Notes under the pieces: generated by a model
Told to the model about the DNA's origin: nothing
The model's input: only the letters and a program-made list of their open reading frames with translations
Databases searched by the model: none
In this document: piece after piece, positions 49,023-59,558 of the stretch
Layout of the letters: each line of letters starts with the position of its first letter
How positions within the stretch are numbered: the stretch's first letter is position 1
Translations under genes and position numbers: made by a program
NCBI GenBank assembly: GCA_963662545.2
Contig: CAXXLL010000003.1
Location: forward strand, 1,312,001 to 1,376,000
Source: Gammaproteobacteria bacterium
GTDB lineage: Bacteria; Pseudomonadota; Gammaproteobacteria; Ga0077536
Reading direction: 5' to 3'
DNA: 64,000 bases

Positions 49023-49685
49023 TCAGCGTATCGTCATGCTCTCGCCCATGCGCGTCTGTTTTTCGGCGCTGCCCGCAGGCGGCGGTATCTCGATGCCGCG
49101 TTGACAGGGCGGCCGGGCGGCCAATCTATCGACCCAGCGTTCGAGATGCTCGAGGCCCTCGATCGGAACGCGCGCCCAACGGTGCGCCTTGACCCAGGCC
49201 CAGTTGGCGATGTCGGCGATGCTGTATTCGTCGGCCAGATATTCACGCTCAGCAAGGCGTGAATTCAACACCTCGTACAGGCGCCGCGTCTCGTTGCGGT
49301 AACGGCTGCGCGCGGCGGGCAGGTCTTCGTCGAAATAGCGTTCAAAGACCACGGCCTGCCCCTGCATCGGGCCGATACCGCCCATTTGAAACATCAACCA
49401 CTGCAGCACGCAAAACCGGCCCTTGGTATCCAGCGGCATCAGCCGGCCGGTTTTCTCCGCGAGATAGACGAGGATTGCCCCGGATTCGAAAATCGTAAGG
49501 TCCCCCGCCTCGCGATCGACGATCACCGGGATGCGCCCGTTGGGGTTGAGCCTCACGAATTCGGGACGGTGCTGCTCGCCGGCGGCCAGGTCAACCGCGT
49601 GAACCGTGTAAGCCAACTCGAGTTCTTCGAGGGCAATGGTCGCTTTCCAGCCATTGGGCGTCGCCGCCGTATACAGATCGATCAT
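49023..49685 (-). CDS. Glutathione S-transferase, YfcG/YghU (Nu) type
   Basis: [38 protein letters not shown]. Confidence 0.93.
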   Translation of the reverse strand: MIDLYTAATPNGWKATIALEELELAYTVHAVDLAAGEQHRPEFVRLNPNGRIPVIVDREAGDLTIFESGAILVYLAEKTGRLMPLDTKGRFCVLQWLMFQMGGIGPMQGQAVVFERYFDEDLPAARSRYRNETRRLYEVLNSRLAEREYLADEYSIADIANWAWVKAHRWARVPIEGLEHLERWVDRLAARPPCQRGIEIPPPAGSAEKQTRMGESMTIR

Positions 49686-49827
49686 CGTTCAGGCGCTCAG
49701 TGTAAATGAGCTCTCAGCATAGGAGCGCATGGCGCATCGCCGCAAGTCAGTGGAATCCGCGTGGAAGCGGAGGGATAATCAGCGACGTTCCCGATGCGAA
49801 AATCGCGCGAATGGAGGATTCCCGGCC

Positions 49828-50988
49828 ATGAAGATAGCTGCCTTCCACCTCATGCCCTACCGCAACCTCGCCCCTGATTTCGAAAAGAAATACAAGTCCG
49901 CGTGGTTCGACCTGCCATTCAGGGAAGTGGCCGATCCGAATCTCTGTGCGCAGTACTACAACTGGACCCTGGACGAACTCACGTTTTGCGCGGAATCGGG
50001 TTTCGACGGGGTGTGCACGAACGAGCACCACCAAAACGCCTACGGCTTCATGGTCAATCCGAACATGATGGGCTCGGTGCTCGCGCGCGCCACCCGCGGT
50101 ACGGACACCGCCATCATCCAGCTCGGCGAGACGGCCGTTTTCCTGAATCCGCCGATCCGGGTCGCCGAAGAATACGCCATGCTGGACTGCATTTCCGAGG
50201 GACGGGTAGTGGCAGGGTTCCCGGTTGGTCTGGGCGGCGATTTTGCCTACAGCTACGGGATGGCACCGATGACGCAGCGCGGCCGCTACCGCGAAGCGCA
50301 CGACCTGATCAAGAAGGCCTGGACCGCGGATGAGATCTTCGCCTGGAACGGCAAGTATTATCAGCTGCCGATGGTGAACATCTGGCCGCGCCCGGTGCAG
50401 CAACCCCATCCGCCGATCTGGGTTCCGGGGAACGCCAGTCCGAGTACCTGGGATTTCGTCATCAACAATGATTACTCCTATTGCTACCTGACCTATTTCG
50501 GCGCCAAGGGTGCCACACACATGGTCGAGGGTTATTGGAACCGCGTCGAGGAACTCGGCCGGGATCGAAACCCTTACCGCATGGGCTTTCTCGTTCCGGT
50601 GGGGGTGTCGGAAACCGACGAGCAGGCCGAAGCCGAGTTCGGGCGCCACATCGAATATTTTTATCACAAGGGTTTACGCCTGCCCGAGCAGTATCTCTTG
50701 CCGCCGGGGCACATGACCCACAGCAGCCTGACGCATCTGCTCACGAAACGCCCCTTCCCCCCGTACGAAGATCTACAGAAAATGCGCTTCCGGCATTTCG
50801 ACGAGAATGACTTTCTCGTGGCCGGCAGTGCCGCGACCGTCGTCGACCGTCTGCTGCACATCATTAAAACGCTGAACGTCGGACACCTCATGATCCTGCC
50901 GCAATATGGATCGATGTCCCACGAGCAAACCATGGAAAACATCGAGCGTATCGCCAAGGGCGTATTACCGCATCTCCGGAATGTGTAG
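49828..50988 (+). CDS. LLM-class flavin-dependent oxidoreductase
   Basis: NEHHQNAYG, PIRVAEEYAMLD, WPRPVQQPHPPIW; SD GGAGG. Confidence 0.92.
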   Translation: MKIAAFHLMPYRNLAPDFEKKYKSAWFDLPFREVADPNLCAQYYNWTLDELTFCAESGFDGVCTNEHHQNAYGFMVNPNMMGSVLARATRGTDTAIIQLGETAVFLNPPIRVAEEYAMLDCISEGRVVAGFPVGLGGDFAYSYGMAPMTQRGRYREAHDLIKKAWTADEIFAWNGKYYQLPMVNIWPRPVQQPHPPIWVPGNASPSTWDFVINNDYSYCYLTYFGAKGATHMVEGYWNRVEELGRDRNPYRMGFLVPVGVSETDEQAEAEFGRHIEYFYHKGLRLPEQYLLPPGHMTHSSLTHLLTKRPFPPYEDLQKMRFRHFDENDFLVAGSAATVVDRLLHIIKTLNVGHLMILPQYGSMSHEQTMENIERIAKGVLPHLRNV

Positions 50989-51085
50989 GATGACGCAGGC
51001 TGGGAAGATCACTGGTGGCCGCAGACTCGCGAGAAAGCGCAACGCGCGGCGGCGTGAACCACGTCACAAGCAGAGGCACACCATA

Positions 51086-51889
51086 ATGAAAAAAATCCGT
51101 CAAAAGGTCGTGCCCGTACTCGGCGGAGCACTGGACATCACCGTCAACATAGCGGGCAAGGGCAAACCGCTGGTGTTTCTGCATTCGGCCGGCGGGTTCT
51201 ACTGGGACGACTTTCTCGACAGCCGGGCCGATCACTACAAGGTTTACGCGCCTTACTTCCCCGGCACCGCGCCGGGGAAACCGGACGAGCTCGAGCAGCT
51301 CGACACGATGTGGGATGCGGTGCTCGCCTATGACGACATGCTCGATGCGCTCAAGCTCAAGAAGGTCCGGCTCATGGGCCATTCGTTCGGCGGCCTGCTC
51401 GCCGCCGAACTCGCCGCGCAAAGGCCCAAGAGCATCGAAAAACTGGTGCTCATCGCGCCCATAGGATTATGGCGCGAGGATGCGCCCTACACCGTCGCGA
51501 ATTGGACCGCGCTGGATTTCGAGGGGATCATGAACGTGCTGTTTTACGACCGCAATGCGCCGCGCGTGCAGCGACGTATGGCGGTGCCGGAAGATGTCGC
51601 CGAAGCGGCGCTTTGGAACCGGGATTTCATCTGGACCATCGGTTGCACCGCCAAGCTCATCTGGCCCATTCCGGACAAAGGGCTCAAAAAGCGGATTCAC
51701 CGCGTGACCGCACCGAGCCTCGTCGTCTGGGGCGAGAATGACAAGCTCATTCCGCCGGTCTACGCAGAGGAGTTCGGCAAGTCCCTGCCCGAAGCCGATG
51801 TCTTCATGATTCCACAATGCGGCCATGAACCAGCGCTGGAGCAATGCGAGTTGCTACAGGAGCGAGTAGGCTCGTTTCTTGCGGCCTGA
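51086..51889 (+). CDS. Alpha/beta-fold hydrolase
   Basis: FLHSAGG, GHSFGG, WGENDK, CGH. Confidence 0.9.
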   Translation: MKKIRQKVVPVLGGALDITVNIAGKGKPLVFLHSAGGFYWDDFLDSRADHYKVYAPYFPGTAPGKPDELEQLDTMWDAVLAYDDMLDALKLKKVRLMGHSFGGLLAAELAAQRPKSIEKLVLIAPIGLWREDAPYTVANWTALDFEGIMNVLFYDRNAPRVQRRMAVPEDVAEAALWNRDFIWTIGCTAKLIWPIPDKGLKKRIHRVTAPSLVVWGENDKLIPPVYAEEFGKSLPEADVFMIPQCGHEPALEQCELLQERVGSFLAA

Positions 51890-51950
51890 ATGCGGACTGC
51901 AGCACGAGCTAAGCTGGTTCGCTTAGCTGTAATCGCGGGAGGATATTCAC

Positions 51951-53009
51951 ATGGCACAGCTTGCACCCGTTGCTGAAATGCAATCCTCGTTCGTCGAGGT
52001 ACTGGAACTTTGCGGCGTTAATTCGAACGAAAAAGTCGCCGTACTTTCGGAAGGCCGGCTGGCACAGGAATATTCGGCCGCCTTTATCGCCGCCGCGGCG
52101 GCGCTCGGCGCCGAGCCCCTTCGTGTAAACGTCGCCGCGACGGGCAACGCCGGTGCCGAAGCGCGCATTGCTGAACTCGGCAGGTCGGCCTTGAGTACTG
52201 ATCCGGCGGCCATGCAATCGCTCAAAGGCGCCGACCTCGTCATCGACTTGATGCTACTGCTCTTCTCACGCGAACAGATCGAGATTCAAAAGGCCGGAGC
52301 GCGCGTATTGATGGTGGTCGAGCCGTTCGAGGTGCTGCAACGCCTGATGCCAAAACCTTCCATGCGCGCACGCGTGGAAGCCGCGGAGCGGCGCATGCAG
52401 GGCGCCAAGACTTTACGGTTTACCAACGACGCCGGTACCGACCTTCGCTACGAACTGAAAGTGCTCAACGGTCCGCCGCCCGCATGCATTCTGACCGAGT
52501 ACGGCTACACCGACACGCCGGGTCGCTGGGATCACTGGCCGAGCGGGTTTCTCGCGTCGACCGGTACGGCGACGGGCGTCGAGGGAACCGTGGTCATGGA
52601 TGCGGGCGACATCGTGCTGCCGTGGAAGGAATTCCTTAAGACCCCCGTCGAATTCAAGATCAGCGGTGGCAAGGTCACCGACATCAACGGCGAAGAGGAC
52701 GCCCGGCGATTACGGGATTACATCGAGGGATTCGCCGACCCGCGCGCCTACGCCGTATCGCACATCGGCTGGGGATTGAATGAGGATGCGTTGTGGGAGG
52801 TCGACCTCCCCGGCATCGCGATGGACAGCCGCGCATACCAGGGCAACGTGTTGTTCTCGCTGGGCCCGGACACCGAGTTCGGCGGCGATAATGATACGCC
52901 CTGTCATCTCGATCTACCGATGAAGAACTGCTCGCTGTGGCTGGACGACGAATTGATCGTGAGCCGCGGAGAAGTCGTACCCGAGGACATGCGTGCTCCG
53001 GGGCATTGA
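51951..53009 (+). CDS. NicX-like 2,5-dihydroxypyridine dioxygenase (M29 aminopeptidase-like fold)
   Basis: GRWDHWPSGF, AVSHIGWG, LFSLGP, CHLD (His/His/Asp Fe ligands). Confidence 0.8.
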   Translation: MAQLAPVAEMQSSFVEVLELCGVNSNEKVAVLSEGRLAQEYSAAFIAAAAALGAEPLRVNVAATGNAGAEARIAELGRSALSTDPAAMQSLKGADLVIDLMLLLFSREQIEIQKAGARVLMVVEPFEVLQRLMPKPSMRARVEAAERRMQGAKTLRFTNDAGTDLRYELKVLNGPPPACILTEYGYTDTPGRWDHWPSGFLASTGTATGVEGTVVMDAGDIVLPWKEFLKTPVEFKISGGKVTDINGEEDARRLRDYIEGFADPRAYAVSHIGWGLNEDALWEVDLPGIAMDSRAYQGNVLFSLGPDTEFGGDNDTPCHLDLPMKNCSLWLDDELIVSRGEVVPEDMRAPGH

Positions 53010-53051
53010 CCGGCTGGTGAACTCGAACGCCGCTTCTAAAAGAGAGAGAAA

Positions 53052-55439
53052 ATGAAAACCCTGCACGGCATCGGGAAACCGGTGCGCCGTAAGGAGGACT
53101 TGCGGTTCATCACCGGGAACGGACGCTACACGGGCGATATTTCACTTCCCCATCAACTTTATCTCGCCGTGTGTCGCTCGCCGGTTGCGCACGCAAACAT
53201 TCTGGGTATCGACACGGCCGCCGCGCAGGCGGCCGAGGGTGTGGCCGCGGTGATCACGCCCGCAGATCTGAAACGGGCCGGCATCGGAAATATCCCCTGC
53301 ACACAGCAGATGGTGAACGCCGACGGCAGCGCGATGTATTTGCCGGATCATCCGATATTGCCGAGCGACCGGGTTGTCTATGCCGGTGAACCCGTTGCTG
53401 CGGTGATTGCCGAGAGCGCATTGCTGGCCAAGGATGCGGCGGAACTCATTGCCGTCGATTACGAGGCGCTGCCCGCCGTGGCTGAGGCAAGCGATGCGCT
53501 CGCGCCGAGTGCTCCGCAAATCTGGGATCAGTGCCCCGGCAATCTCGGCTGCGACTGGGTGTTCGGCGATAAGGCTGCCGTCGATGAGGCGTTCGACCGG
53601 GCGGCGCATATCGTCGCCCTGGACGCGATACAGAATCGTCTGTCACCGAATTCCATGGAACCGCGCGCGACGCTCGCAAGCTATGACGCTGGCCGCGATG
53701 AATACACGCTTTACCTGGCCAGCCAGAATCCGCATCTGATCCGCCATTTGACCTCGCACACGACCATGAAACAGGTTCCGGAAACGAAACTGCGGGTTAT
53801 TGCGCCCGATGTCGGCGGCGGTTTCGGGTCCAAATCACCTCAATACAACGAGGAGTACTTGTGCCTCTATGGCGCCAGGCTGACCGGGCGACCGGTCAAA
53901 TGGGTCAGTGATCGAAGCGAAGCCTTTCTCTCCGACGCGCACGGGCGCGACCATGTGACGCATGCCGAAATGGCGGTAGACGCGGACGGTAAGATCCTGG
54001 CCATTCGCAGCTCTCACGTGGCCAACCTCGGCGCCTACGCGCAGATGTTCGGGCCGTTGGTTCCCACGGTCCTGTATTCCACCATGCTGTCCGGTGTCTA
54101 TCGCATCGGCGCCGTTTACTCCGAGGCCAGGATCGCCTACACCAACACCGTGCCGACGGACGCCTATCGCGGCGCCGGGCGTCCCGAAGCCGCTTACACC
54201 GTCGAGCGCCTGGTCGAACTGGCGGCTGCAAAACTCGGCATCGATTCGGTCGAATTCAGGCGGCGCAATTTCATTCCCAAGAACGCCTTTCCCTACGAGG
54301 TCTGCACGGGCCATATATATGATTCCGGCGATTACGACCAATGCATGGATCTGGCGCTGGCCGCCATTGATTTCGATTCGTTCGCGAAGCGCCGGGACCT
54401 GTCTCGCGAGCGCGGCAAATTGCGCGGCATCGGCTTATCGGTTTACACCGAGCTCGCCGGTGTGGGACCGACGCCGATAGCGATCCAAGGCGGCTCGCAG
54501 GTCCCTTTCTACGAAGTGACGACCGTGCGCGTCAATCCGGACGCCAGCGTCACCGTACTGACCGGCGCCCACAGTCACGGCCAGGGACACGAGACCTCCT
54601 TCGCCCAGGTCGTCGCCGAGAAACTCAACGTCTCGATTGAGAACGTGGAGGTGGTGCACGGCGATACCGGCAAGGTCCCCTTCGGCGTCGGCACCTTTGG
54701 CTCACGATCGATCAGCCTTGCCGGCGGTGCGCTCAGCGTGGGGCTCGACAAAGTCGTGGCGAAGGGGAAAAGAATCGCCGCACACGTGCTCGAAGCTGGC
54801 GCCGATGAAATCGACTTCATCGACGGGTATTTCAAGGTCCGGGGCTCGGACCGCATCCTGGCCTTCGCCGATATGGTCGAGATCGCCTATCTACCGGGCA
54901 ACTACCCCCTCGAAGAACTCGAACCCGGGCTCGAGGAGATGACCTATTTCGACCCGCCCAATTACACTTTCCCGGCCGGCTGCCACATTTGCGAAGTCGA
55001 AATCGATCCCGAAACCGGCACCACGGATATCGTTAATTACTGCATCGGCGATGATTTCGGCGTCGTCATCAACCCGATGATCGTCGAAGGCCAGGTTCAC
55101 GGCGGCGTAGCGCAAGGCGTGGGGCAGGCGCTCATGGAACATGCCGTCTACGATCCGGACACCGCACAGTTGATCAGCGGGACATTTCTCGATTACTGCA
55201 TGCCGCGCGCGCACGATCTGCCGATGATGACCGTCGAGTCGATCGACAACACCACACCCTCCAATCCGCTGGGTGCCAAGGGCTGCGGTGAAGCAGGCGC
55301 GATCGGCGCACCGGTCGCCGTCATGAACGCGGTGTTCGACGCCCTCAAACCCGCGGGCGTAACGCAGCTCACGATGCCGGCCACGCCGCACAAAATCTGG
55401 GCGGCGATCGAGAAAGCGGCGTCGGGATCTTCTAACTGA
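53052..55439 (+). CDS. Xanthine-dehydrogenase-family Mo-binding large subunit (CoxL form II-like)
   Basis: RRKED, VGGGFGSK, AYRGAGRPEA, HGQGHET, GQVHGG, KGCGEAG. Confidence 0.92.
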   Translation: MKTLHGIGKPVRRKEDLRFITGNGRYTGDISLPHQLYLAVCRSPVAHANILGIDTAAAQAAEGVAAVITPADLKRAGIGNIPCTQQMVNADGSAMYLPDHPILPSDRVVYAGEPVAAVIAESALLAKDAAELIAVDYEALPAVAEASDALAPSAPQIWDQCPGNLGCDWVFGDKAAVDEAFDRAAHIVALDAIQNRLSPNSMEPRATLASYDAGRDEYTLYLASQNPHLIRHLTSHTTMKQVPETKLRVIAPDVGGGFGSKSPQYNEEYLCLYGARLTGRPVKWVSDRSEAFLSDAHGRDHVTHAEMAVDADGKILAIRSSHVANLGAYAQMFGPLVPTVLYSTMLSGVYRIGAVYSEARIAYTNTVPTDAYRGAGRPEAAYTVERLVELAAAKLGIDSVEFRRRNFIPKNAFPYEVCTGHIYDSGDYDQCMDLALAAIDFDSFAKRRDLSRERGKLRGIGLSVYTELAGVGPTPIAIQGGSQVPFYEVTTVRVNPDASVTVLTGAHSHGQGHETSFAQVVAEKLNVSIENVEVVHGDTGKVPFGVGTFGSRSISLAGGALSVGLDKVVAKGKRIAAHVLEAGADEIDFIDGYFKVRGSDRILAFADMVEIAYLPGNYPLEELEPGLEEMTYFDPPNYTFPAGCHICEVEIDPETGTTDIVNYCIGDDFGVVINPMIVEGQVHGGVAQGVGQALMEHAVYDPDTAQLISGTFLDYCMPRAHDLPMMTVESIDNTTPSNPLGAKGCGEAGAIGAPVAVMNAVFDALKPAGVTQLTMPATPHKIWAAIEKAASGSSN

Positions 55440-55446
55440 AGAAAGA

Positions 55447-56511
55447 ATGGCGATGAAATTCGGCATCGCATTTACTTCGCGGATCGGTGATTACGATCTC
55501 GTCCAGCTGGCGGAATCGCTCGGCTTCAGCCAGGTCTGGTTTTTCGATTCGCAGATGATCTATTCGGACGTCTACGCGACGATGGCCCTCGCCGCTCACA
55601 AGACCAAGCGCATACGCCTCGCCACGGGCGTTGCGGTTCCCAGCACGCGCATGGCGCCCGTCATCGCACATTCCATCGCGACCATCGCCGAACTCGCGCC
55701 GGGCCGGGTCGAACTCGGCGTCGGCAACGGCAACACGGCGCGCCTCACAATGGGGCTGCGCCCGGTGCCGCTAGCCCGCATGAAGCAGGAGATCCGGTTG
55801 ATCCAAACCTTGCTCAAGGGTGACGCCGGCGTGCACGAATGCGAAGGAGAATCACACCTGGTACAGCTACTGCACCGCGATGAAGGCTTCATCAATCTCG
55901 AACACGCGATTCCGGTCACCTTGTCCGCGTTCGGGCCCAAGACCCTCGCGTACTGCGGCGCCGAATGCGACGGACACCTCACTTGGAACGCATCGCTGGA
56001 CATGATGCGCAATGCTCGCGAAAAAATAGCGAGCGCCGCGCAGGACGCCGGCCGCTCTGCAGCGGACGTCCCGAGCAAGGCGATCTATCCACTGGCGGTA
56101 TTGCGGCCCGGCGAAACCTCGTCGAGTCCGGGCGTCCTCGAGAGCCTCGCCCCCTTCATTACCAACCTGCTGCACGTCATGTGCGAATGGGACGAACAGT
56201 TGTTGCCGTCCGACGCCACTATCACCGAACACGTCAAGCGGTATCGCGACTACGTCGCGACCCTGCCCTCAGAAAGACGTCATCTCATTCTGCACAAAGG
56301 GCACCTCGTCTACACCCGTGAAGACGAGCGTGAATTTCTAGTACCCGAAGTTGCAGAGGTCGCTGCGATGATCGGCGAGCCGGACGCCGTGATCGAAAAT
56401 ATTCGCGCGCTCGAAGCGCAAGGGCTCAGCCATTTTGCATTCCAGGTGACCGACGACCCGGTCGCGCAAATGCGCTATTTCGCCGAAACCGTCATGCTGC
56501 GCTACCACTGA
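55447..56511 (+). CDS. LLM-class oxidoreductase (Mer-like)
   Basis: VWFFDSQ, IRLATGV, APGRVELGVG, GPKTL. Confidence 0.88.
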   Translation: MAMKFGIAFTSRIGDYDLVQLAESLGFSQVWFFDSQMIYSDVYATMALAAHKTKRIRLATGVAVPSTRMAPVIAHSIATIAELAPGRVELGVGNGNTARLTMGLRPVPLARMKQEIRLIQTLLKGDAGVHECEGESHLVQLLHRDEGFINLEHAIPVTLSAFGPKTLAYCGAECDGHLTWNASLDMMRNAREKIASAAQDAGRSAADVPSKAIYPLAVLRPGETSSSPGVLESLAPFITNLLHVMCEWDEQLLPSDATITEHVKRYRDYVATLPSERRHLILHKGHLVYTREDEREFLVPEVAEVAAMIGEPDAVIENIRALEAQGLSHFAFQVTDDPVAQMRYFAETVMLRYH

Positions 56512-56526
56512 CGGCGCCCGGGGTTT

Positions 56527-57729
56527 TTATTTTTCGGCGCTCACCAGAACGCCGGCATCTCGTAATTCGTCGATTCTGTTCTCGCCGTAACTGAGCACGC
56601 TGCCGAGAATCTCGGAGTTATGCTGGCCTAGCAGAGGCGCCTCGAAGTCGGGCAGATCCGGCTGGGCGGAAAACCTGAACGGGAATCCGGGGATCTGGAT
56701 CTCGCCCAGGATCGGATCGGTCACGGTGCGCACGGTGCCGCGATCCAGAAAGTATTCGTGCTCGAGCGCGTCGGTTGGATTCAGCACTGGCCCGGCAGGT
56801 ACGCGATGCGCTTCGAGTACCTCCAGCACCGCTTCGTTGGTCTCGAAGGACGCGGTCCACGATTCGATCATTTCGATCAGAGTCTCCTGATGCCGGGCGC
56901 GCGTCTCGCCGTCGATGAAGCGGGAGTCTTCGGCAAGCTCGGGACGCCCCATGGCTTCACACAAGCCCTTCCACTGAAGTTGTAGCACGGCGATCACCAA
57001 AAACCCGGTCGGCCCTTTGAACACGCCAAACGGCGCGACCAGCTCGTGGTGGGCGCCCATGGGGCCGGGTCTGAAGGACTTGCCGATCACCGAACGTCCG
57101 TGGACGTTGTACTCATGCATGTGGAACATCGTATCGACCATGGACAGGTCTAGATACTGACCCTCACCGGTGCGTAGCCGGTGGTACAGGGCGTAACCGA
57201 TCGCCGCAAAGCCGTGCACGCCGGCATTGGAGTCGCACACGCCGATACCGACCGGGTGCGGGGTACCGCCCCGCGGGCCGGTCACGTCCATCAGCCCGCT
57301 GAAACCCTGGACGATCCAGTCGTAACCCGTTTTGTGCGATAGCGTGCTCTGCCGACCGAAGGCCGAGACGGACGCCATGATGAGGCGCGGGTTGATGCCG
57401 GCGAGCGAGGTGTAATCGAAGCCGCGCTTTTCCATGACACCGGGTCCCGCATTCTCAACCACGATGTCGACCTCGCGGACGAGATCGAGCACGATCTTTT
57501 TCGCCTCCGGTTTCGAGAGATCGAGACACAGGCTTTTCTTGCCCCGATTTTGCTGCACGAAAAACCCGCTACGGCCGTCGCGAACGAACGGCAGCAGACG
57601 ACCGGGATCGCCGCCGGGGGCCTGCTCGACCTTGATGATTTCCGCGCCCATCTCGGCCATCAGCCGGGTGATCGAGGGGCCGGCGAGATACTGGGTGAAA
57701 TCAAGTACGCGTATGTCGTCGAGAATCAT
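56527..57729 (-). CDS. Family III CoA-transferase (CaiB/BaiF)
   Basis: VLDFTQYLAGP, KVE, NRGKKS, GYD, APLLGQH. Confidence 0.94.
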   Translation of the reverse strand: MILDDIRVLDFTQYLAGPSITRLMAEMGAEIIKVEQAPGGDPGRLLPFVRDGRSGFFVQQNRGKKSLCLDLSKPEAKKIVLDLVREVDIVVENAGPGVMEKRGFDYTSLAGINPRLIMASVSAFGRQSTLSHKTGYDWIVQGFSGLMDVTGPRGGTPHPVGIGVCDSNAGVHGFAAIGYALYHRLRTGEGQYLDLSMVDTMFHMHEYNVHGRSVIGKSFRPGPMGAHHELVAPFGVFKGPTGFLVIAVLQLQWKGLCEAMGRPELAEDSRFIDGETRARHQETLIEMIESWTASFETNEAVLEVLEAHRVPAGPVLNPTDALEHEYFLDRGTVRTVTDPILGEIQIPGFPFRFSAQPDLPDFEAPLLGQHNSEILGSVLSYGENRIDELRDAGVLVSAEK

Positions 57730-57923
57730 GGTTGTGCTCTCCAAGAATCGTGCGCGAGAAGCCGGCGCCAGCCGGCAATCAGACGCCCCTTATAAAACGC
57801 GACGCGATCGGAGTCGAGCGCGGCACGATCATCGGTCATGTTCGCCGTGCAAGTCTCGGTCACGCGTAGTCGGCGGATCTGGCATGATGCGCGCAGCAGG
57901 ATGACTCAACCATACCGACGGAT

Positions 57924-59492
57924 TTGATCGTGAGCTGGGACAAGGAAATCGAAGAAACCGGCAAACGGCGCGCACTGGCGGCCGCCATGGGCGGTGAGGA
58001 AGGGATCGAAAAACAGCACGCCCGCGGCAAACTGACCGTGCGCGAGCGAATCGATTACCTGCTCGACCCCGGATCGTTTCGCGAGCATGGGCAACTTGCA
58101 GGCGGCGCCATTCTCGACGACGAGGGTGAGATCGTCTCATTCACGCCCGCCAATTACGTCGTCGGTTTCGGTCGCATCGATGGAAGGCAGATCGTGGTCG
58201 GCGGTGAAGACTTCACGCTCAAGGGCGGTTCGCCCAACGCGGCGGGCCTGCGCAAAAGCATTTACGCCGAGCACCTGGCCGTCAAGCACCGCACACCCCT
58301 GGTCCGGCTACTCGAAGGTGGCGGCGGCAGCGTTTCGACCGGCGACGATGACCCTCGAAAACCGCACACCGTCGGCGAACCCGTTTACGCGGCGCCGCGC
58401 TTCGCCATCATCGCCGAAGCCATGGGCCTGGTCCCGGTCGCTTCCGCCGCGCTCGGACCGGTGGCGGGTTTTCCCGCGGGAAGGCTGGTCGCGTCTCATT
58501 TTTCCGTCATGGCACGCGGTACCGCCCAAGTGATGATCGGCGGCCCGGCGCTGGTCAAGCGCGCGCTCGGCCGCGACTTTTCCAAAGAAGAACTCGGCGG
58601 CGTCGCCGTCCACGCCAAATCCGGGGTGGTCGACAATATTGCCGACGACGAAGGCGCCGCGCTCGATCAGATCCGCCGGTTTCTGAGTTATATGCCGCAG
58701 AGCGTGTGGCATCGCGCGCCACGCATCAAATCCAGCGATCCAAGCGACCGCTGCGAGGACGAACTCGCTTCGATCGTGCCACGTAACCGCCGCCATGCCT
58801 TCGACATGGGTGTCTTGATCAAACTGGTCGTCGACCGGGACTCGTTCTTTCCGATCGCCTCCGCCTACGGCCCCGGACTGATCGTGGGCTTCGCGCGTCT
58901 GCAGGGCCAGGCCATCGGCGTCACCGGCAACGACTGCCGTCATCTTGCGGGCGCCATGACCGCCGAAGCTGCTCAGAAAATGCGCCGCATGATCGAAATC
59001 TGCGACACCTTTCATCTCCCGCTGGTCAACTTCGTCGACGAACCGGGCTTCATGATCGGACCGGAAGCCGAGAGCGCGGCCACCATTCGATATGGCATGG
59101 CGGCGGTCTCCGCGGCCGCGCAAGCAAAGATCCCCTGGGCATCAGTACGCGTTCGCAAATCCTTCGGCGTCGCTGCAGCTGCGCATTTCGGCCCGGACGC
59201 CTATGTCCTCGACTGGCCTTCGGCCGAGTCGGGCCCGCTGCCGCTAGAGGGCGGTGTTGCCGTAGCGTTTGGGCGGGAGATCGCGAGCGCGGCCGACCCC
59301 GCGGCGAAACGTCTCGAACTCGAGGAAAAGCTCGCGAAGGCGCGCTCGCCTTACCGGGCCGCCGAGTCGTTCGCGACGCACGAGATGATCGATCCCCGAG
59401 AAACGCGTCCGCTACTCTGCGATTGGATCGAATGGAACGAGACACGCCTGGACGGACTGCTGGGTCCGAGCGGATTTCCGATGCGGCCTTAA
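57924..59492 (+). CDS. Acyl-CoA carboxylase carboxyltransferase (beta) subunit
   Basis: QHARGKLTVRERI, DFTLKGGS, ELGG, VDEPGF, IDPRETR. Confidence 0.9.
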   Translation: MIVSWDKEIEETGKRRALAAAMGGEEGIEKQHARGKLTVRERIDYLLDPGSFREHGQLAGGAILDDEGEIVSFTPANYVVGFGRIDGRQIVVGGEDFTLKGGSPNAAGLRKSIYAEHLAVKHRTPLVRLLEGGGGSVSTGDDDPRKPHTVGEPVYAAPRFAIIAEAMGLVPVASAALGPVAGFPAGRLVASHFSVMARGTAQVMIGGPALVKRALGRDFSKEELGGVAVHAKSGVVDNIADDEGAALDQIRRFLSYMPQSVWHRAPRIKSSDPSDRCEDELASIVPRNRRHAFDMGVLIKLVVDRDSFFPIASAYGPGLIVGFARLQGQAIGVTGNDCRHLAGAMTAEAAQKMRRMIEICDTFHLPLVNFVDEPGFMIGPEAESAATIRYGMAAVSAAAQAKIPWASVRVRKSFGVAAAAHFGPDAYVLDWPSAESGPLPLEGGVAVAFGREIASAADPAAKRLELEEKLAKARSPYRAAESFATHEMIDPRETRPLLCDWIEWNETRLDGLLGPSGFPMRP

Positions 59493-59558
59493 TCCGGATT
59501 TTTTAACGCCTTCCTGCCGCGGGCGTCAATCCGTGGTGAGAAATGCGGGTAAACCCGG

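Noticed and set aside
53052-55439. Bona fide aerobic CO dehydrogenase
   Set aside because: The active-site loop is AYRGAGR, not the form I AYRCSFR, and coxM/coxS and accessory genes are absent.
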